Source of the DNA: Patescibacteria group bacterium
GTDB taxonomy: Bacteria; Patescibacteriota; WWE3; UBA101185; UBA10185
Length of the DNA stretch: 64,000 nt
Direction: 5' to 3'
Assembly (NCBI GenBank): GCA_049322215.1
Contig: JBMORU010000001.1
Span: 900,023 to 964,022 of the forward strand
This document shows positions 18,654 to 28,749 of the stretch, one piece after another (within the stretch, counting starts at the first letter, position 1; each line of letters opens with the position of its first letter). A program made the position numbers and the translations under genes. Below the pieces are notes generated by a model, which saw nothing but the letters and a program-made list of their open reading frames with translations, was not told the origin of the DNA and did not search any database.

Positions 18654-20504
18654 TTGAGCATGGAAGAATTTGAAAGCACACCTTTAGAGCAAAATTCTAC
18701 ACAAAACACTAAAACACCAATACCTGAAACAAAACATGCGTATATAGATAAAATAATATTGATAGCTATATTTGTTATTTTGGTATTTACTACCTACTTT
18801 GCACTTTTTGTTAAACAACCAAAGAGGCAAATACCAGTAAACCAAAGTATTTCGCCAGTAATAGAAAAACCTAGCCAAGAAATAAACAAACCTGAAGAAA
18901 TAATTGTAATTTCGGCAGAAGCGTTAGCTTTTCACAAACCCCAATTAATTAAGCAATTTGAAGACGACGAAGCCACATACGAATTTTATAAAGTAGGCAA
19001 TGTACTTGAAGGTGACTACAAGGGTTATGAAATAGTTAAAGGAAAGTTTCAAACAACGGCAGGACCTTGCAAAGGTCCCGGATGTGGAAAGCCTTTTTTT
19101 ATTCGTTATTTAAAAAAAGATAGAGACTTAATACATTTAGCATTAAACTCTGAGTTAACCGAAATTAAACGATGGGGAATAGATCCTACTAAAATAGCCG
19201 ATTGGAACTTTACACTTAACAACGAACTTACTTTAGAACCTTTTAATCTTCCAAAGGAAACTAATTATAATGGGGGCACAATAAAATATGTTAAAACAGA
19301 AGAAGGTCTACCAAACAATAACACTTATATCGTATACACTGATCCAATTTTAGGCCAAGTATACACAACAAAAGAAAGTGTTAGCCCCCAAGAGCCATTT
19401 TACAGTGGAGAAGAAACAGCTTACGAAACTACAGGAAAATGGGGAGATGGGGTAGATAGCTGCTATAACGAGGAATGCTTTTTTTCAAATGGACTTTTTG
19501 TATTTCACCCTGACGAAACATTTTCAATTTACACATATAAACCTGTAGAATTTTCATACAAAATATTGGCTAGTGAAAAAACTTACAATATAACAGACTA
19601 CGAAGGGGAGTATTACTTTAAAACTAGAAATGGATGTAGTGGAAATGACGCTGATTATATAAGTATTGCAAATCCCTCAAACGTATCAATAAGCGATTTA
19701 AAAGAAGTTGGTAGTTTTAGTCAAGGCGATAAGAGACTTTTATTTTTTAACAATACCGAGCACCCATACCTAACTCATTTTTACGAAAAATACAAACTAT
19801 ATTTCCCTGAACTTGAGCAAATGCGCATAGGAGAAGAAAAAAACCTTACGTTTAAAACTTTTGAAGATTTTTCAGCCGCTTATCCTGTTTTATTCTTTGA
19901 AGACGACTTCGGTAGGTTAGTAAGACTTACGCACAAAGAATTTGTAATACCTTACGCATGTGAACCAATAATTTACTTATACCCTGAACAAGAAACAGAA
20001 ATTAGCATAAAACTTGATACAAATTTGGTTGAATTGGTTGGTTCTAAACCTGAATACAATACGGGCTGGGCTGTTACAGCATTTCCATCAGGAAAAGTTA
20101 TTGATCAAAACAGTAATACTTACCCCTATATTTTTTGGGAAGGAACTTTAAAATATTTACCTGAGAAAAATGATGGGTTTGTGGTTAAAAAAGAAAACGT
20201 GGAAATAAGCTTTAAAAAAACTCTTCCAAAACTGGGTTTAAATGAGCAAGAAACAATAGACTTTATTAAGGCTTGGACACCAAAGCTTAAAATAGCGCCT
20301 TACTACTTTATAACTTTTCATAATACAAAAACAGTTAATACCTATGCTCCGCTAAATGTACAACCAACGCCTACTACAGTGATTAGGATTTTAATGGAAT
20401 ATAAGCCTCTAAATGAATATACAGAGGTGGCACCCTTTAAATACGACAAAACACCCCAAAGAAACGGCTTTACACTTGTAGAGTGGGGCGGTATAGAGCG
20501 CTAA
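18654..20504 (+). CDS. Large membrane-anchored extracytoplasmic hypothetical protein
   Basis: 616 aa. One N-terminal TM is followed by a large soluble domain. Confidence 0.4.
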   Translation: MSMEEFESTPLEQNSTQNTKTPIPETKHAYIDKIILIAIFVILVFTTYFALFVKQPKRQIPVNQSISPVIEKPSQEINKPEEIIVISAEALAFHKPQLIKQFEDDEATYEFYKVGNVLEGDYKGYEIVKGKFQTTAGPCKGPGCGKPFFIRYLKKDRDLIHLALNSELTEIKRWGIDPTKIADWNFTLNNELTLEPFNLPKETNYNGGTIKYVKTEEGLPNNNTYIVYTDPILGQVYTTKESVSPQEPFYSGEETAYETTGKWGDGVDSCYNEECFFSNGLFVFHPDETFSIYTYKPVEFSYKILASEKTYNITDYEGEYYFKTRNGCSGNDADYISIANPSNVSISDLKEVGSFSQGDKRLLFFNNTEHPYLTHFYEKYKLYFPELEQMRIGEEKNLTFKTFEDFSAAYPVLFFEDDFGRLVRLTHKEFVIPYACEPIIYLYPEQETEISIKLDTNLVELVGSKPEYNTGWAVTAFPSGKVIDQNSNTYPYIFWEGTLKYLPEKNDGFVVKKENVEISFKKTLPKLGLNEQETIDFIKAWTPKLKIAPYYFITFHNTKTVNTYAPLNVQPTPTTVIRILMEYKPLNEYTEVAPFKYDKTPQRNGFTLVEWGGIER

Positions 20505-20521
20505 AAAGAACTTTTTTAAGC

Positions 20522-20953
20522 TTAGCTTTCTGATTCTACGTATTTTTTGAAATTGTTTAATATAGCTTGCCAGCCTTCACGTTGCATATCAAGAGAATTG
20601 GTGCTTTCAGGATCAAAGGTAACAATTACCTTAGTTTCGGCATTTTCCGAACCTTCAGAATCAGAAATAAAATCAACGCTTACTTGTCTTCCATCGTCCA
20701 TGGTATATGCAAGCTGAGCATAAGTTTCTACCGCATCGTAAGTACCTTCAAAATCAAAGCCGGCGCTTCCATCTTTTGCTTCCATTCTAGATAAAAACCT
20801 ACCACCAACTCTTAAATCATTTTCTGCATGTGGTGTATGCCAATCTTCAGAGGCATTATTCCATTTAACTATGTGTTCGGGTTGAGTGTAAAATTCCCAA
20901 ACTTTTTCTATTGCGGAGTCAATATTTACTTGAATAGTAATTGGTTCTTGCAT
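20522..20953 (-). CDS. SRPBCC / AHSA1-like (START-fold) protein
   Basis: The N-terminal region ITIQVNIDSAIEKVWEFYTQPEHIVKWN...DLRVGG is typical of the AHSA1/SRPBCC family. Confidence 0.55.
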   Translation of the reverse strand: MQEPITIQVNIDSAIEKVWEFYTQPEHIVKWNNASEDWHTPHAENDLRVGGRFLSRMEAKDGSAGFDFEGTYDAVETYAQLAYTMDDGRQVSVDFISDSEGSENAETKVIVTFDPESTNSLDMQREGWQAILNNFKKYVESES

Positions 20954-21360
20954 TATTGTGTTTCCTCTACCATAACTTTAAAACCACCGTAAGCCATTTT
21001 TTCCATATCAAATGGCATAGGTTTATCTTTCCATTCCTCTTTGTTCATTTCGGGGTCTTGCATTACGTTAGCATTTACTTCATCACGGTGTTCTTTTGAT
21101 TCAAAAATAATAAAAGAAAACCAAACTTCTTCATCTTCTTTTGAGTTGGTCATTTCAGGAAAAGTGCGTAATTTCATATCGCCCATTTCACTCATATCAC
21201 CCATATCTGGTGTTAAATCGTCACCTACACATTCAAAGTAAGCTAACGCTCCATGCTTTTTCCATATTTTTCCTGCTTCAGTAGCAATTTGCTTATATGC
21301 TTCTCTTTCACCTTTAGGAACTACAAGTACGAATCCATCTACATATTTCATTTTTTGCAC
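20953..21360 (-). CDS. DUF1428-family protein
   Basis: MKYVDGFVLVVPKGEREAYKQIATEAGKIWKKHGALAYFECVGDDL matches the DUF1428 N-terminal consensus as I remember it. Confidence 0.5.
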   Translation of the reverse strand: MQKMKYVDGFVLVVPKGEREAYKQIATEAGKIWKKHGALAYFECVGDDLTPDMGDMSEMGDMKLRTFPEMTNSKEDEEVWFSFIIFESKEHRDEVNANVMQDPEMNKEEWKDKPMPFDMEKMAYGGFKVMVEETQ

Positions 21361-21494
21361 TTTCTTTAAATAAATAGATATTTTTTATGTATATATACAT
21401 TATCATCTATATGTAGAAGTGTAAAACAAAGTAAGTAATGTTGCGCACACCCCATAGTATTGACTAAAAGATGCATTTGTGATATATATCCCAC

Positions 21495-22355
21495 ATGAAT
21501 AAAATAACCTATAAAACAAAAACTGTGGCTACAATTGTTACAATAATGGCGACTTTATTATTTTCAGCTAAAACAGTGGCGGCAGCCTTTATAGTTCCAC
21601 AACTTCCTAGCGACAACTTAATTAACAACCCATGGTTTAGAAACAGCTTAAACAAACCAAGTTTAGAAGGGTGGACAGATGCAACAGGCCCTTTGGGATC
21701 TTGGGGAGCAACAGATAAAGATGGAAATCCAACACCAAACAATGTAATTGGCACTGCTGCACGTGTGTCTGCTGGAATGGGTGGATCTAACTCAAACTTA
21801 CCACCACATTACGATGCCTACTTATACCAAGTTGTTGCTGCGGATCCTACGCAAACAACACTAAACTTTGATACTTACTGGGTAGCGCATACTATAAAAC
21901 CTGCAGAAGTTACCATATATGGATCAAACACTCCTAACGGAAGTTGGACACCGGTTTGGAAGCCATTCAATCAAAATATAACAACTACTTTATTTTCTCC
22001 TCCTGGAGAAAACCATAACTACTGGCTTTGGAACTATTACTCAAATACTACGGATAAAGTGAGTACAACTATTGCAATGGGATATCCATATTATAAAGTA
22101 GAAATACATGTTAATTTTCCAGATGCAGATGGCGGCTTTAAAATAACGGGAGTTTACTTTAGTACAAGTCATACTAACGGGAACCCAAACCCTACACCAA
22201 ATCCTGAGCCTGTACCTACTCCAACGCCAGAGCCTACACCTAGTCCTGAACCCACACCAAACCCTGAGCCTAGTCCAGAACCAAATCCTAGACACAGAAG
22301 CAGAAGAAACAACAGTATCTCAATAAGTAAAATTCGAGATAATCTAGGTATATAA
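21495..22355 (+). CDS. Secreted protein with a Pro/Thr/Glu-rich C-terminal linker
   Basis: It has a signal peptide. The (P-T/E-P)n tract near the C-terminus ends abruptly in a basic tail, so a 3' truncation is possible. Confidence 0.4.
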   Translation: MNKITYKTKTVATIVTIMATLLFSAKTVAAAFIVPQLPSDNLINNPWFRNSLNKPSLEGWTDATGPLGSWGATDKDGNPTPNNVIGTAARVSAGMGGSNSNLPPHYDAYLYQVVAADPTQTTLNFDTYWVAHTIKPAEVTIYGSNTPNGSWTPVWKPFNQNITTTLFSPPGENHNYWLWNYYSNTTDKVSTTIAMGYPYYKVEIHVNFPDADGGFKITGVYFSTSHTNGNPNPTPNPEPVPTPTPEPTPSPEPTPNPEPSPEPNPRHRSRRNNSISISKIRDNLGI

Positions 22356-22513
22356 AAGTTTGTACTTGTGCCTTATTGTTTGCCTTGCATTGTATTTTTG
22401 CGCAGGCGTTTTAACAAACTTTAATAAAAAGGTGCATACAAACCTATAGTTGAAAACCGTTGTAATTATAGTAAAATCATACAAACAATAATCAATAAAA
22501 AAGGAGAGTACCT

Positions 22514-22957
22514 ATGACTACAGCGTTAGCTGTATTAGCAAGCTACGTTTTAATGCGAATTGTAGTAAGGGATAAACTGTTTACTATTTACCACAATGCG
22601 CTTGATTGTGTCCAAGAAATGGACAACCTTGTTAAAACGCATGGAAGCACTGTTGGTGACTTAATAAGTGCAGGTGTTAAAGACAGGTATGATGAGCTGT
22701 GGGACGAAGGGGGTAAATTGTACCGCCGTGCTGTGCCTTTAGCAGCTTTTTTGATGTATTGGCCTGTTGGACCCTTATTCCTTAAAAACAAACTTCTCGC
22801 TGCATACGATGAAGTGGGCTTGTTTTCAGGAAGAATGGGATCCTATAATACCTGGGAAGACTTACGACGCGGGTATGCACGCAATACTAAATACTACCCG
22901 CATGCACACTTATTGGGTAATTTAAACACCATTAAGTTTGCTTTTAAGCTATCGTAA
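22514..22957 (+). CDS. Hypothetical protein
   Basis: ORF with the RBS AAAGGAGAG upstream. Confidence 0.35.
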   Translation: MTTALAVLASYVLMRIVVRDKLFTIYHNALDCVQEMDNLVKTHGSTVGDLISAGVKDRYDELWDEGGKLYRRAVPLAAFLMYWPVGPLFLKNKLLAAYDEVGLFSGRMGSYNTWEDLRRGYARNTKYYPHAHLLGNLNTIKFAFKLS

Positions 22958-23027
22958 CTTACTGCACAATATGAGCAACCCTATATGATAAACATTTCAT
23001 TTAGGGTTGTTCTAACACTTTCACTTT

Positions 23028-23657
23028 ATGAAAACTATTCAAAACAACTTTTTTTCCAGAAAAACAGAAACTGTCGCAAAAGAATTAATAGGAAAGGTTA
23101 TATTTAGCAAATACAAAAATATTTGGCTTAAAGCTCAAATTATAGAAACAGAAGCCTACATGAAAACAGAAAAGGGGAGTCATGCCTCACTAGGTTTTAC
23201 TGAAAAAAAGAAAGCTTTATTTATGCCCCCCGGCACAATTTATATGTACTACGCACGCGGAAAAGATTCATTTAATATTAGTACCGATAGTCCTGGAGAT
23301 GCTGTGCTTATAAAGTCAGGAGTTCCATATTTAGGTGATAAGGAAAAAGATAAAAAGATGCTACAAATAATGAAAAAACTAAACCCTATAAATTCAAAAG
23401 AAAGAGAAACAATGAAACTCTGCTCAGGACAAACTTTAATCGCAAAATCTTTAAACATTAAACTAGCTGATTGGAATCAAAAAAACTTTGATGAAAATAA
23501 ACTCTTTATAGCAGATATTGGCTATAAACCTAAAAAAACTATACAAACACAAAGGCTTGGAATTCCTAAAGGTAGAGATGAACACCTCCCCTTACGCTAT
23601 ATAGATGAAATGTATGTAAAGTATTGCACCAAAAAACCTATTTTATTCTCCTCTTAA
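23028..23657 (+). CDS. mpg: DNA-3-methyladenine glycosylase (Mpg/AAG family)
   Basis: VAKELIGKVIF...IIETEAYMKTEKGSHASLG...MPPGTIYMYYARG matches the conserved Mpg core LGK.L / ETEAY / ASHA / G..YVY. Confidence 0.7.
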   Translation: MKTIQNNFFSRKTETVAKELIGKVIFSKYKNIWLKAQIIETEAYMKTEKGSHASLGFTEKKKALFMPPGTIYMYYARGKDSFNISTDSPGDAVLIKSGVPYLGDKEKDKKMLQIMKKLNPINSKERETMKLCSGQTLIAKSLNIKLADWNQKNFDENKLFIADIGYKPKKTIQTQRLGIPKGRDEHLPLRYIDEMYVKYCTKKPILFSS

Positions 23658-24317
23658 ATACTGTGAATAATACTTGTCATCAGAAATAAACTTAGCTAAA
23701 GCCTCTTTAATAAGTTTAGTTCTACTTTTTCCCTTATTAAATTGTGCCCAATCTAAATATTGACGTTCATCTCCGGTCAAAACTAAATGAAATCTATTTG
23801 TCTCATTTACACGCTCAAATTTGTTAATAAATGAAACAATAATGTTACTAAGTTCATCCCGCTTATACTCAGTAACTTGTAATATTTTAGAATCAATGCC
23901 GTGTATAAACATTTGCTCAAACTTTCGGTGTTTTCTTCCTTGCCATAAAACTAATGTAGGCTTTTTTTGCTGAATAGATAAAGTAATTTGATGCCCCGTA
24001 CTAAAGTTGGAGACAGTGTCTTCAACTATTACTAAATCCGCTTCTTTTATTGCACGTATATTGTCCTGATAAATTTCTTTAATATCATTGATAGACTTCA
24101 CTCCGCTTTTTATGCGTTTGTTTGTGTGAGGTAACCAATCGCGTGTAAGTAAGTGACCTTGCTTTATTAAAAGTTCTCTAATATAAAAATAATCTTTTTT
24201 GTACTTTTCAAAGTCAGCGGTAGAACATGTAAAGTGTATTTTCATAAGATCAAAATACCAAACACACATTTTGTGTGCAATATGTGCATATACAGAACAC
24301 AGTAGGTTCTGTAGCAT
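23643..24317 (-). CDS. Hypothetical protein with a ribbon-helix-helix-like C-terminus
   Basis: The C-terminal region HLVLTGDERQYLDWAQFNKGKSRTKLIKEALAKFI looks CopG/RHH-like. The N-terminal domain is unassigned. Confidence 0.3.
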   Translation of the reverse strand: MLQNLLCSVYAHIAHKMCVWYFDLMKIHFTCSTADFEKYKKDYFYIRELLIKQGHLLTRDWLPHTNKRIKSGVKSINDIKEIYQDNIRAIKEADLVIVEDTVSNFSTGHQITLSIQQKKPTLVLWQGRKHRKFEQMFIHGIDSKILQVTEYKRDELSNIIVSFINKFERVNETNRFHLVLTGDERQYLDWAQFNKGKSRTKLIKEALAKFISDDKYYSQYLRGE

Positions 24318-24352
24318 AAACTAAATTTGCAATTGTTTAAAAGGAGAAAATA

Positions 24353-24865
24353 ATGAAACAGCTTGAGCATGCTTTAAAACAAAATTTAACATTTGTCCCA
24401 GCAGTAGTAGGGTTTCCAATTAAAGGAAACAAAGTACTGTTAATGCATAGAATAAAAACATCAAGTGGTCTAGGACAAGACTTAGTGTCAGGAATTGGGG
24501 GTAAAGTGGGGGATGAAGAAATGTTTAAAGGCGAGTCCCACGAAGAAGCGCTTGTAAGAGAAACAAAAGAAGAAGTAGGTATTGTTCCTATAGAATTTAA
24601 AGAATCGGGTAATGTAACCTTTATTTGGACAACAAAACCCGAGTGGAATATGAAAGTAAAAATTTATACCATTAATTCTTGGGAAGGGGTGCCAAAACAA
24701 ACCGAAGTTGCACTACCTGTTTGGCACAACAAAAATAACTTACCAAAAGAAAATATGTGGGAAGATAATATACATTGGGTACCCAAGGTTTTAGCCGGCG
24801 AAATTGTAGATGCAGTGTTTTTATATGACGAAAGCAAACGGCTTTCAGAGTACCTTTTTAAGTAA
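24353..24865 (+). CDS. NUDIX hydrolase
   Basis: The Nudix box GGKVGDEEMFKGESHEEALVRETKEEVGI fits Gx5Ex7REUxEExGU. Confidence 0.7.
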   Translation: MKQLEHALKQNLTFVPAVVGFPIKGNKVLLMHRIKTSSGLGQDLVSGIGGKVGDEEMFKGESHEEALVRETKEEVGIVPIEFKESGNVTFIWTTKPEWNMKVKIYTINSWEGVPKQTEVALPVWHNKNNLPKENMWEDNIHWVPKVLAGEIVDAVFLYDESKRLSEYLFK

Positions 24866-24935
24866 GCTAAAGTTGTAATGAAAGCCTTATGTTTGTATTA
24901 GCTTAAGGCTTTATTTATGTGATAGCATTTAGTTA

Positions 24936-26027
24936 ATGAAAAAGAAGTATTTTCTACTTTTAGTATTATCATTTGGCACCTTAGCAATTGTAATACTTTT
25001 AATTCCACAGTTTGTTAAACAAAAAAACTATATAGAACGTGCTCAAAAAAAATACGAGGAAATCGAGCAAACACCTTTACAAAACCCAACAGTAGATACA
25101 ATACCCTTAAACAAAAAAGTCTACCTATTAATATATAATCCAAAAATAAACGACCAGTACACAAATGAGTATTTTGGTTGGAATGACCCAGAAGAAATTA
25201 CGAATGAAGTTATCGCCTTTTTCAAAAATGTTTCTGAAGGCTATTTAAATTACGAAATAGTTCAAAAAAAGGTTGTAGAGGAATTTCCTGCAAAAGAAGA
25301 CGGCTTTGTATATACATTTGAAAACTATATTGAATGTGTAAATAGCAATGGGGAAAAATGCCATGATCCCGATATAGCCGACTACGTAAAAATATTAGAT
25401 GCGAACAACATTTGTGAAATGTTAAATAACGATGAGATTGACGAACTATGGCTTTGGGGAGGCCCTTGGTTTGGATACTGGGAATCAAATTTAGCAGGAA
25501 GATATTCGTTTTGGTATAACTCTAACCCTACACACTTTAACACCTGTAAAACACCTTTACCAATTATGGGTTTCAACTACGAAAGAACAAAAAACGAAGC
25601 TATACACAATTTTGGTCATAGAGCAGAGAGTACTTTAAAAAGAGTTTTTCAGTCGTGGGATGCAGAAAACACGCATGGATGGAATAGATTTGCACTACTT
25701 TCAAGGAATAATAATGGCCAAGGGGGTTGTGGAAACACACATATTACAGTAAATGGTACCGAAGATTACATTTACACAAATAAAGATAATGTAATGTCTA
25801 ATTGTGAAGAGTTTAAAGATTATCCCAATATAGAAAATACTTACAAAATGGTTAATTGCAATGACTGGGGCTGTGATGAGTTTGAATACTATACTTACTG
25901 GTGGAACAATATTCCAAGAAACACAGGAATAAATAAAGATGCTTTTACAGGCCAAGAAGTACTAAATAACTGGTGGAAATACATTTTTGATTTGAGCTGG
26001 ACATACAATAAAACAACTACTTATTAA
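24936..26027 (+). CDS. Secreted Cys-containing hypothetical protein
   Basis: N-terminal TM or signal. Multiple Cys residues. W/Y/N-rich. Confidence 0.4.
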   Translation: MKKKYFLLLVLSFGTLAIVILLIPQFVKQKNYIERAQKKYEEIEQTPLQNPTVDTIPLNKKVYLLIYNPKINDQYTNEYFGWNDPEEITNEVIAFFKNVSEGYLNYEIVQKKVVEEFPAKEDGFVYTFENYIECVNSNGEKCHDPDIADYVKILDANNICEMLNNDEIDELWLWGGPWFGYWESNLAGRYSFWYNSNPTHFNTCKTPLPIMGFNYERTKNEAIHNFGHRAESTLKRVFQSWDAENTHGWNRFALLSRNNNGQGGCGNTHITVNGTEDYIYTNKDNVMSNCEEFKDYPNIENTYKMVNCNDWGCDEFEYYTYWWNNIPRNTGINKDAFTGQEVLNNWWKYIFDLSWTYNKTTTY

Positions 26028-26090
26028 GCCCATAGTATGATATAATTTCGCAAATAAAACTTAACAAACACCTTATATAAGGAGAGACAA

Positions 26091-27608
26091 ATGAACGTAG
26101 TTTATTGGCAAATGGGAGCTTTGGTAGTAGTTATTTCTGCTGTCATAGGTCTTATTGCGAAATACGCATTGGATAAGTCAGAATCTGACTTGGAAATTAC
26201 CTGGACAGAGTATGCTATTGCTGTTGTGCTAATTTCTGTGGCTTTAGGCCCCTTTGCTGTTTGGCGAGGATCTGAAATTGCACGAAACAACCTTAAGTCG
26301 TTTAACGAAAACATCAACGCGGTAGTGACAGGTGTCAGCATTTCTCAAAAAACCTGCGAAAGAGATGGGGACTGTGTACACACCTATGACTGTGACCGCT
26401 ACAGATGTTCTTACTCATGCGATAGTGACAATGATGGGGACAGCGATGACACTTGCTATAAGTGGTGTTATCACAGTTGCCCATACTGTAGCGTGGAGTA
26501 TCAGCTGTTAATTCACACAAACACCGATGGTTGGTCTGGACGAAATCCGGTTATTGCTTCAAATATCATTCCTCCGGACGCGGATCAAAATTACCGCTGG
26601 CGTCAAAGTGAAGCCATTCCCCAAGGAATTCAAGATGCGTATGGGCGTTACCCGCAACAGTTTTTAGACGCCTTTTACAACCTGCAAAATGGCACCGAAG
26701 CACTACCATTTGTGTACCGGCGACAGTACAACAGTTACACGCTGGCTGCAAATGTTGATTCACCTGAAGAGTGGCAAGATGAAATTACATTGTTGCAACA
26801 GCACAAGCCCAATTTGATGCCAACACTGCAAACAACGGTAACAGGCAGCAACCAGGCGCACCGGGTTTACTTTGTAGGATTTACGCCAACGCCTGCGCAA
26901 GCGCAAGAATGGACAACCACCTTAAGCTATATCAACAGCCCGTTTGGTAACGACAGACAAGGCGACTTGCATGTAGTCATTATTAACAAGCAGGGTGTTG
27001 ATATGAGTTTGACAGATGCCCTAACCGCCATAAAGTACGACTGGCAAAACAGTGCAAAGTACGGCGATGACACCATGGCCAAAAATGCAGTATTGGTTGG
27101 TTTGGAAACTGACGACGGAGCAACAGTATTTCGTGCTGCAATGGTAACCGGCATGCCAGAAGAATTGTTTGATTTGCAGTATAACGATGATTTGCGTGCT
27201 GCAATAGCAAACGACTTAACAAATAAAGGGTTACCTCTTGACCCACAAGTTTTGTTTGGCCGTGCCACAATGCCTTTTACACCACAAACTGAGGAATGCA
27301 CAATTTTTAGCTGCTTTCGTGGTGTGGGGCCAGCGCAGCTTAGTGGGGGTGTTTTGACTGAGCGCTTGTTTGGTGTAACCAACCCGGAGTTGGCATTTCA
27401 GCGAATTAGCATGTCTGCCAAAGATCCAGAAGACGTAGGTCCCGGTTTTGTGGCACTTGATGAGCTAATTATTCCAACACCAAAACAGCAAACCTGGATC
27501 GTGATTTTATCAACGGTGTTTGCTTGCCTGGCTTGGGTTGCTACCGCACTGATAGGACAAAGGTATCGACCGTTTTACAACAGATATAGTAGATTTGGTA
27601 GGTACTAA
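26091..27608 (+). CDS. Membrane protein with an extracytoplasmic Cys-cluster (GC-elevated gene)
   Basis: Two N-terminal TM helices are followed by the Cys cluster CERDGDCVHTYDCDRYRCSYSCDSDNDGDSDDTCYKWCYHSCPYCSV, a large ectodomain and a C-terminal TM. GC is about 45-50% against about 33% background. Confidence 0.4.
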   Translation: MNVVYWQMGALVVVISAVIGLIAKYALDKSESDLEITWTEYAIAVVLISVALGPFAVWRGSEIARNNLKSFNENINAVVTGVSISQKTCERDGDCVHTYDCDRYRCSYSCDSDNDGDSDDTCYKWCYHSCPYCSVEYQLLIHTNTDGWSGRNPVIASNIIPPDADQNYRWRQSEAIPQGIQDAYGRYPQQFLDAFYNLQNGTEALPFVYRRQYNSYTLAANVDSPEEWQDEITLLQQHKPNLMPTLQTTVTGSNQAHRVYFVGFTPTPAQAQEWTTTLSYINSPFGNDRQGDLHVVIINKQGVDMSLTDALTAIKYDWQNSAKYGDDTMAKNAVLVGLETDDGATVFRAAMVTGMPEELFDLQYNDDLRAAIANDLTNKGLPLDPQVLFGRATMPFTPQTEECTIFSCFRGVGPAQLSGGVLTERLFGVTNPELAFQRISMSAKDPEDVGPGFVALDELIIPTPKQQTWIVILSTVFACLAWVATALIGQRYRPFYNRYSRFGRY

Positions 27609-27660
27609 ACCTAATGAGTCATTTCTTGAAGCAACAAACTTTAAGAAGTGACTCTTTTTT

Positions 27661-28749
27661 TTATTCATCTACACAAAGCAGTAAATCGTAGAATACAGAC
27701 TCGTTCGTGGGAGTTTGATTTGCATAAGTTGCTTTTACACTGATTTCATAAACTTTATTTGCGTTATATACGCGTGTCGTTTCCCAAGGAGCATTGGGTA
27801 TCAAAAACCAACCTTCTCCAGGGTTTAAACCACTATCAGGGTATATTCCTAATGTTTCATCAGCAGCCTCTTCAGTGGGACCCTCCATAATTACTGTAAA
27901 GCTTTCATGCTGTTGCGGAGGAACACCGCAGCTACCACCATCTGGGCATTGGTAACAAAGTGGGCCATCGGGACATTGTTCAGGATGCCCCTCGCCTGCG
28001 TAGCCTACAATATAAAGTCTGGAAGGTTCATCAAAAACTATTTCATAGGTATCGGTTGCAACCCCTTTAGTCACTACTAAGTCAGTTAAGCGTGTTAGTT
28101 CTTTTGTTCCAGAAGGACATGCAAGCACAGGGGGATCCCAAGCTTCACATAAACCACAATCACTAGAACACGAACTACAAGACTCACTTGCAGAACAATC
28201 TCCATCTCCACACACTGGGGCACAAGTACCACAATCTGCAGAACAGGTAGAGCAACTTTCACTACCATTGCAGTCTCCATCACCACAAATTGGAAGTGAT
28301 GTGCTTCCTCCCGAACATGAGTTTTCTATAGCAGCACAGCTTTCTTCATGCTCGAAAACTTCATTATCAATTGAACAAAAGCTTAAGCATCCCACGTCGA
28401 AACGAGTTGCATCGATAGCGTAACCATCTGGGGATCCAGCAACATAGCGATATGAATATAGGGCGCCTTCTGGGGTTCCATTTGGCCAATTAGATATTTG
28501 TGTGGCAACACCAGCTTCATCCATAATATTATCGTCACTATTTGTATCTTTCGGGTAATAACCCTCAATAATTCTAAAGTTATGTAAACCTTCTTCGAGT
28601 TTTTTTAAATTAGTTCTAACTACTGAATTTTTTGTGGCATCAACCTGACCCCGTCTGTTTATTACATTTACAACAACACCAGAAAGCGCAGCAATCATTG
28701 CCACTACAATTAAAACTTCAATTAAAGTAAATCCTTTTTTGTTAGTCAT
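27661..28749 (-). CDS. Type IV pilin-like protein with 2 tandem Cys-rich 24-aa modules
   Basis: The N-terminus MTNKKG|FTLIEVLIVVAMIAALSGVV is a class III prepilin signal with Glu+5. The middle carries 2x CGDGDCxxSESCSxCSxDCGxC. The C-terminal domain is shared with the next gene. Confidence 0.65.
   Translation of the reverse strand: MTNKKGFTLIEVLIVVAMIAALSGVVVNVINRRGQVDATKNSVVRTNLKKLEEGLHNFRIIEGYYPKDTNSDDNIMDEAGVATQISNWPNGTPEGALYSYRYVAGSPDGYAIDATRFDVGCLSFCSIDNEVFEHEESCAAIENSCSGGSTSLPICGDGDCNGSESCSTCSADCGTCAPVCGDGDCSASESCSSCSSDCGLCEAWDPPVLACPSGTKELTRLTDLVVTKGVATDTYEIVFDEPSRLYIVGYAGEGHPEQCPDGPLCYQCPDGGSCGVPPQQHESFTVIMEGPTEEAADETLGIYPDSGLNPGEGWFLIPNAPWETTRVYNANKVYEISVKATYANQTPTNESVFYDLLLCVDE
28144..28287 (-). 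repeat. Two in-frame 72-bp tandem repeats encoding Cys-rich modules
   Basis: Same module as 29213..29572, here in two copies. Confidence 0.65.

Noticed and set aside
22041-22295. Minus-strand Arg/Trp-rich 84-aa ORF
   Set aside because: It is the antisense shadow of the Pro/Thr/Glu-rich linker of the 21495..22355 gene.
26102-27382. Several minus-strand ORFs inside the 26091..27608 gene
   Set aside because: Elevated GC reduces stop-codon frequency. The plus-strand frame has TM helices and a coherent domain structure.
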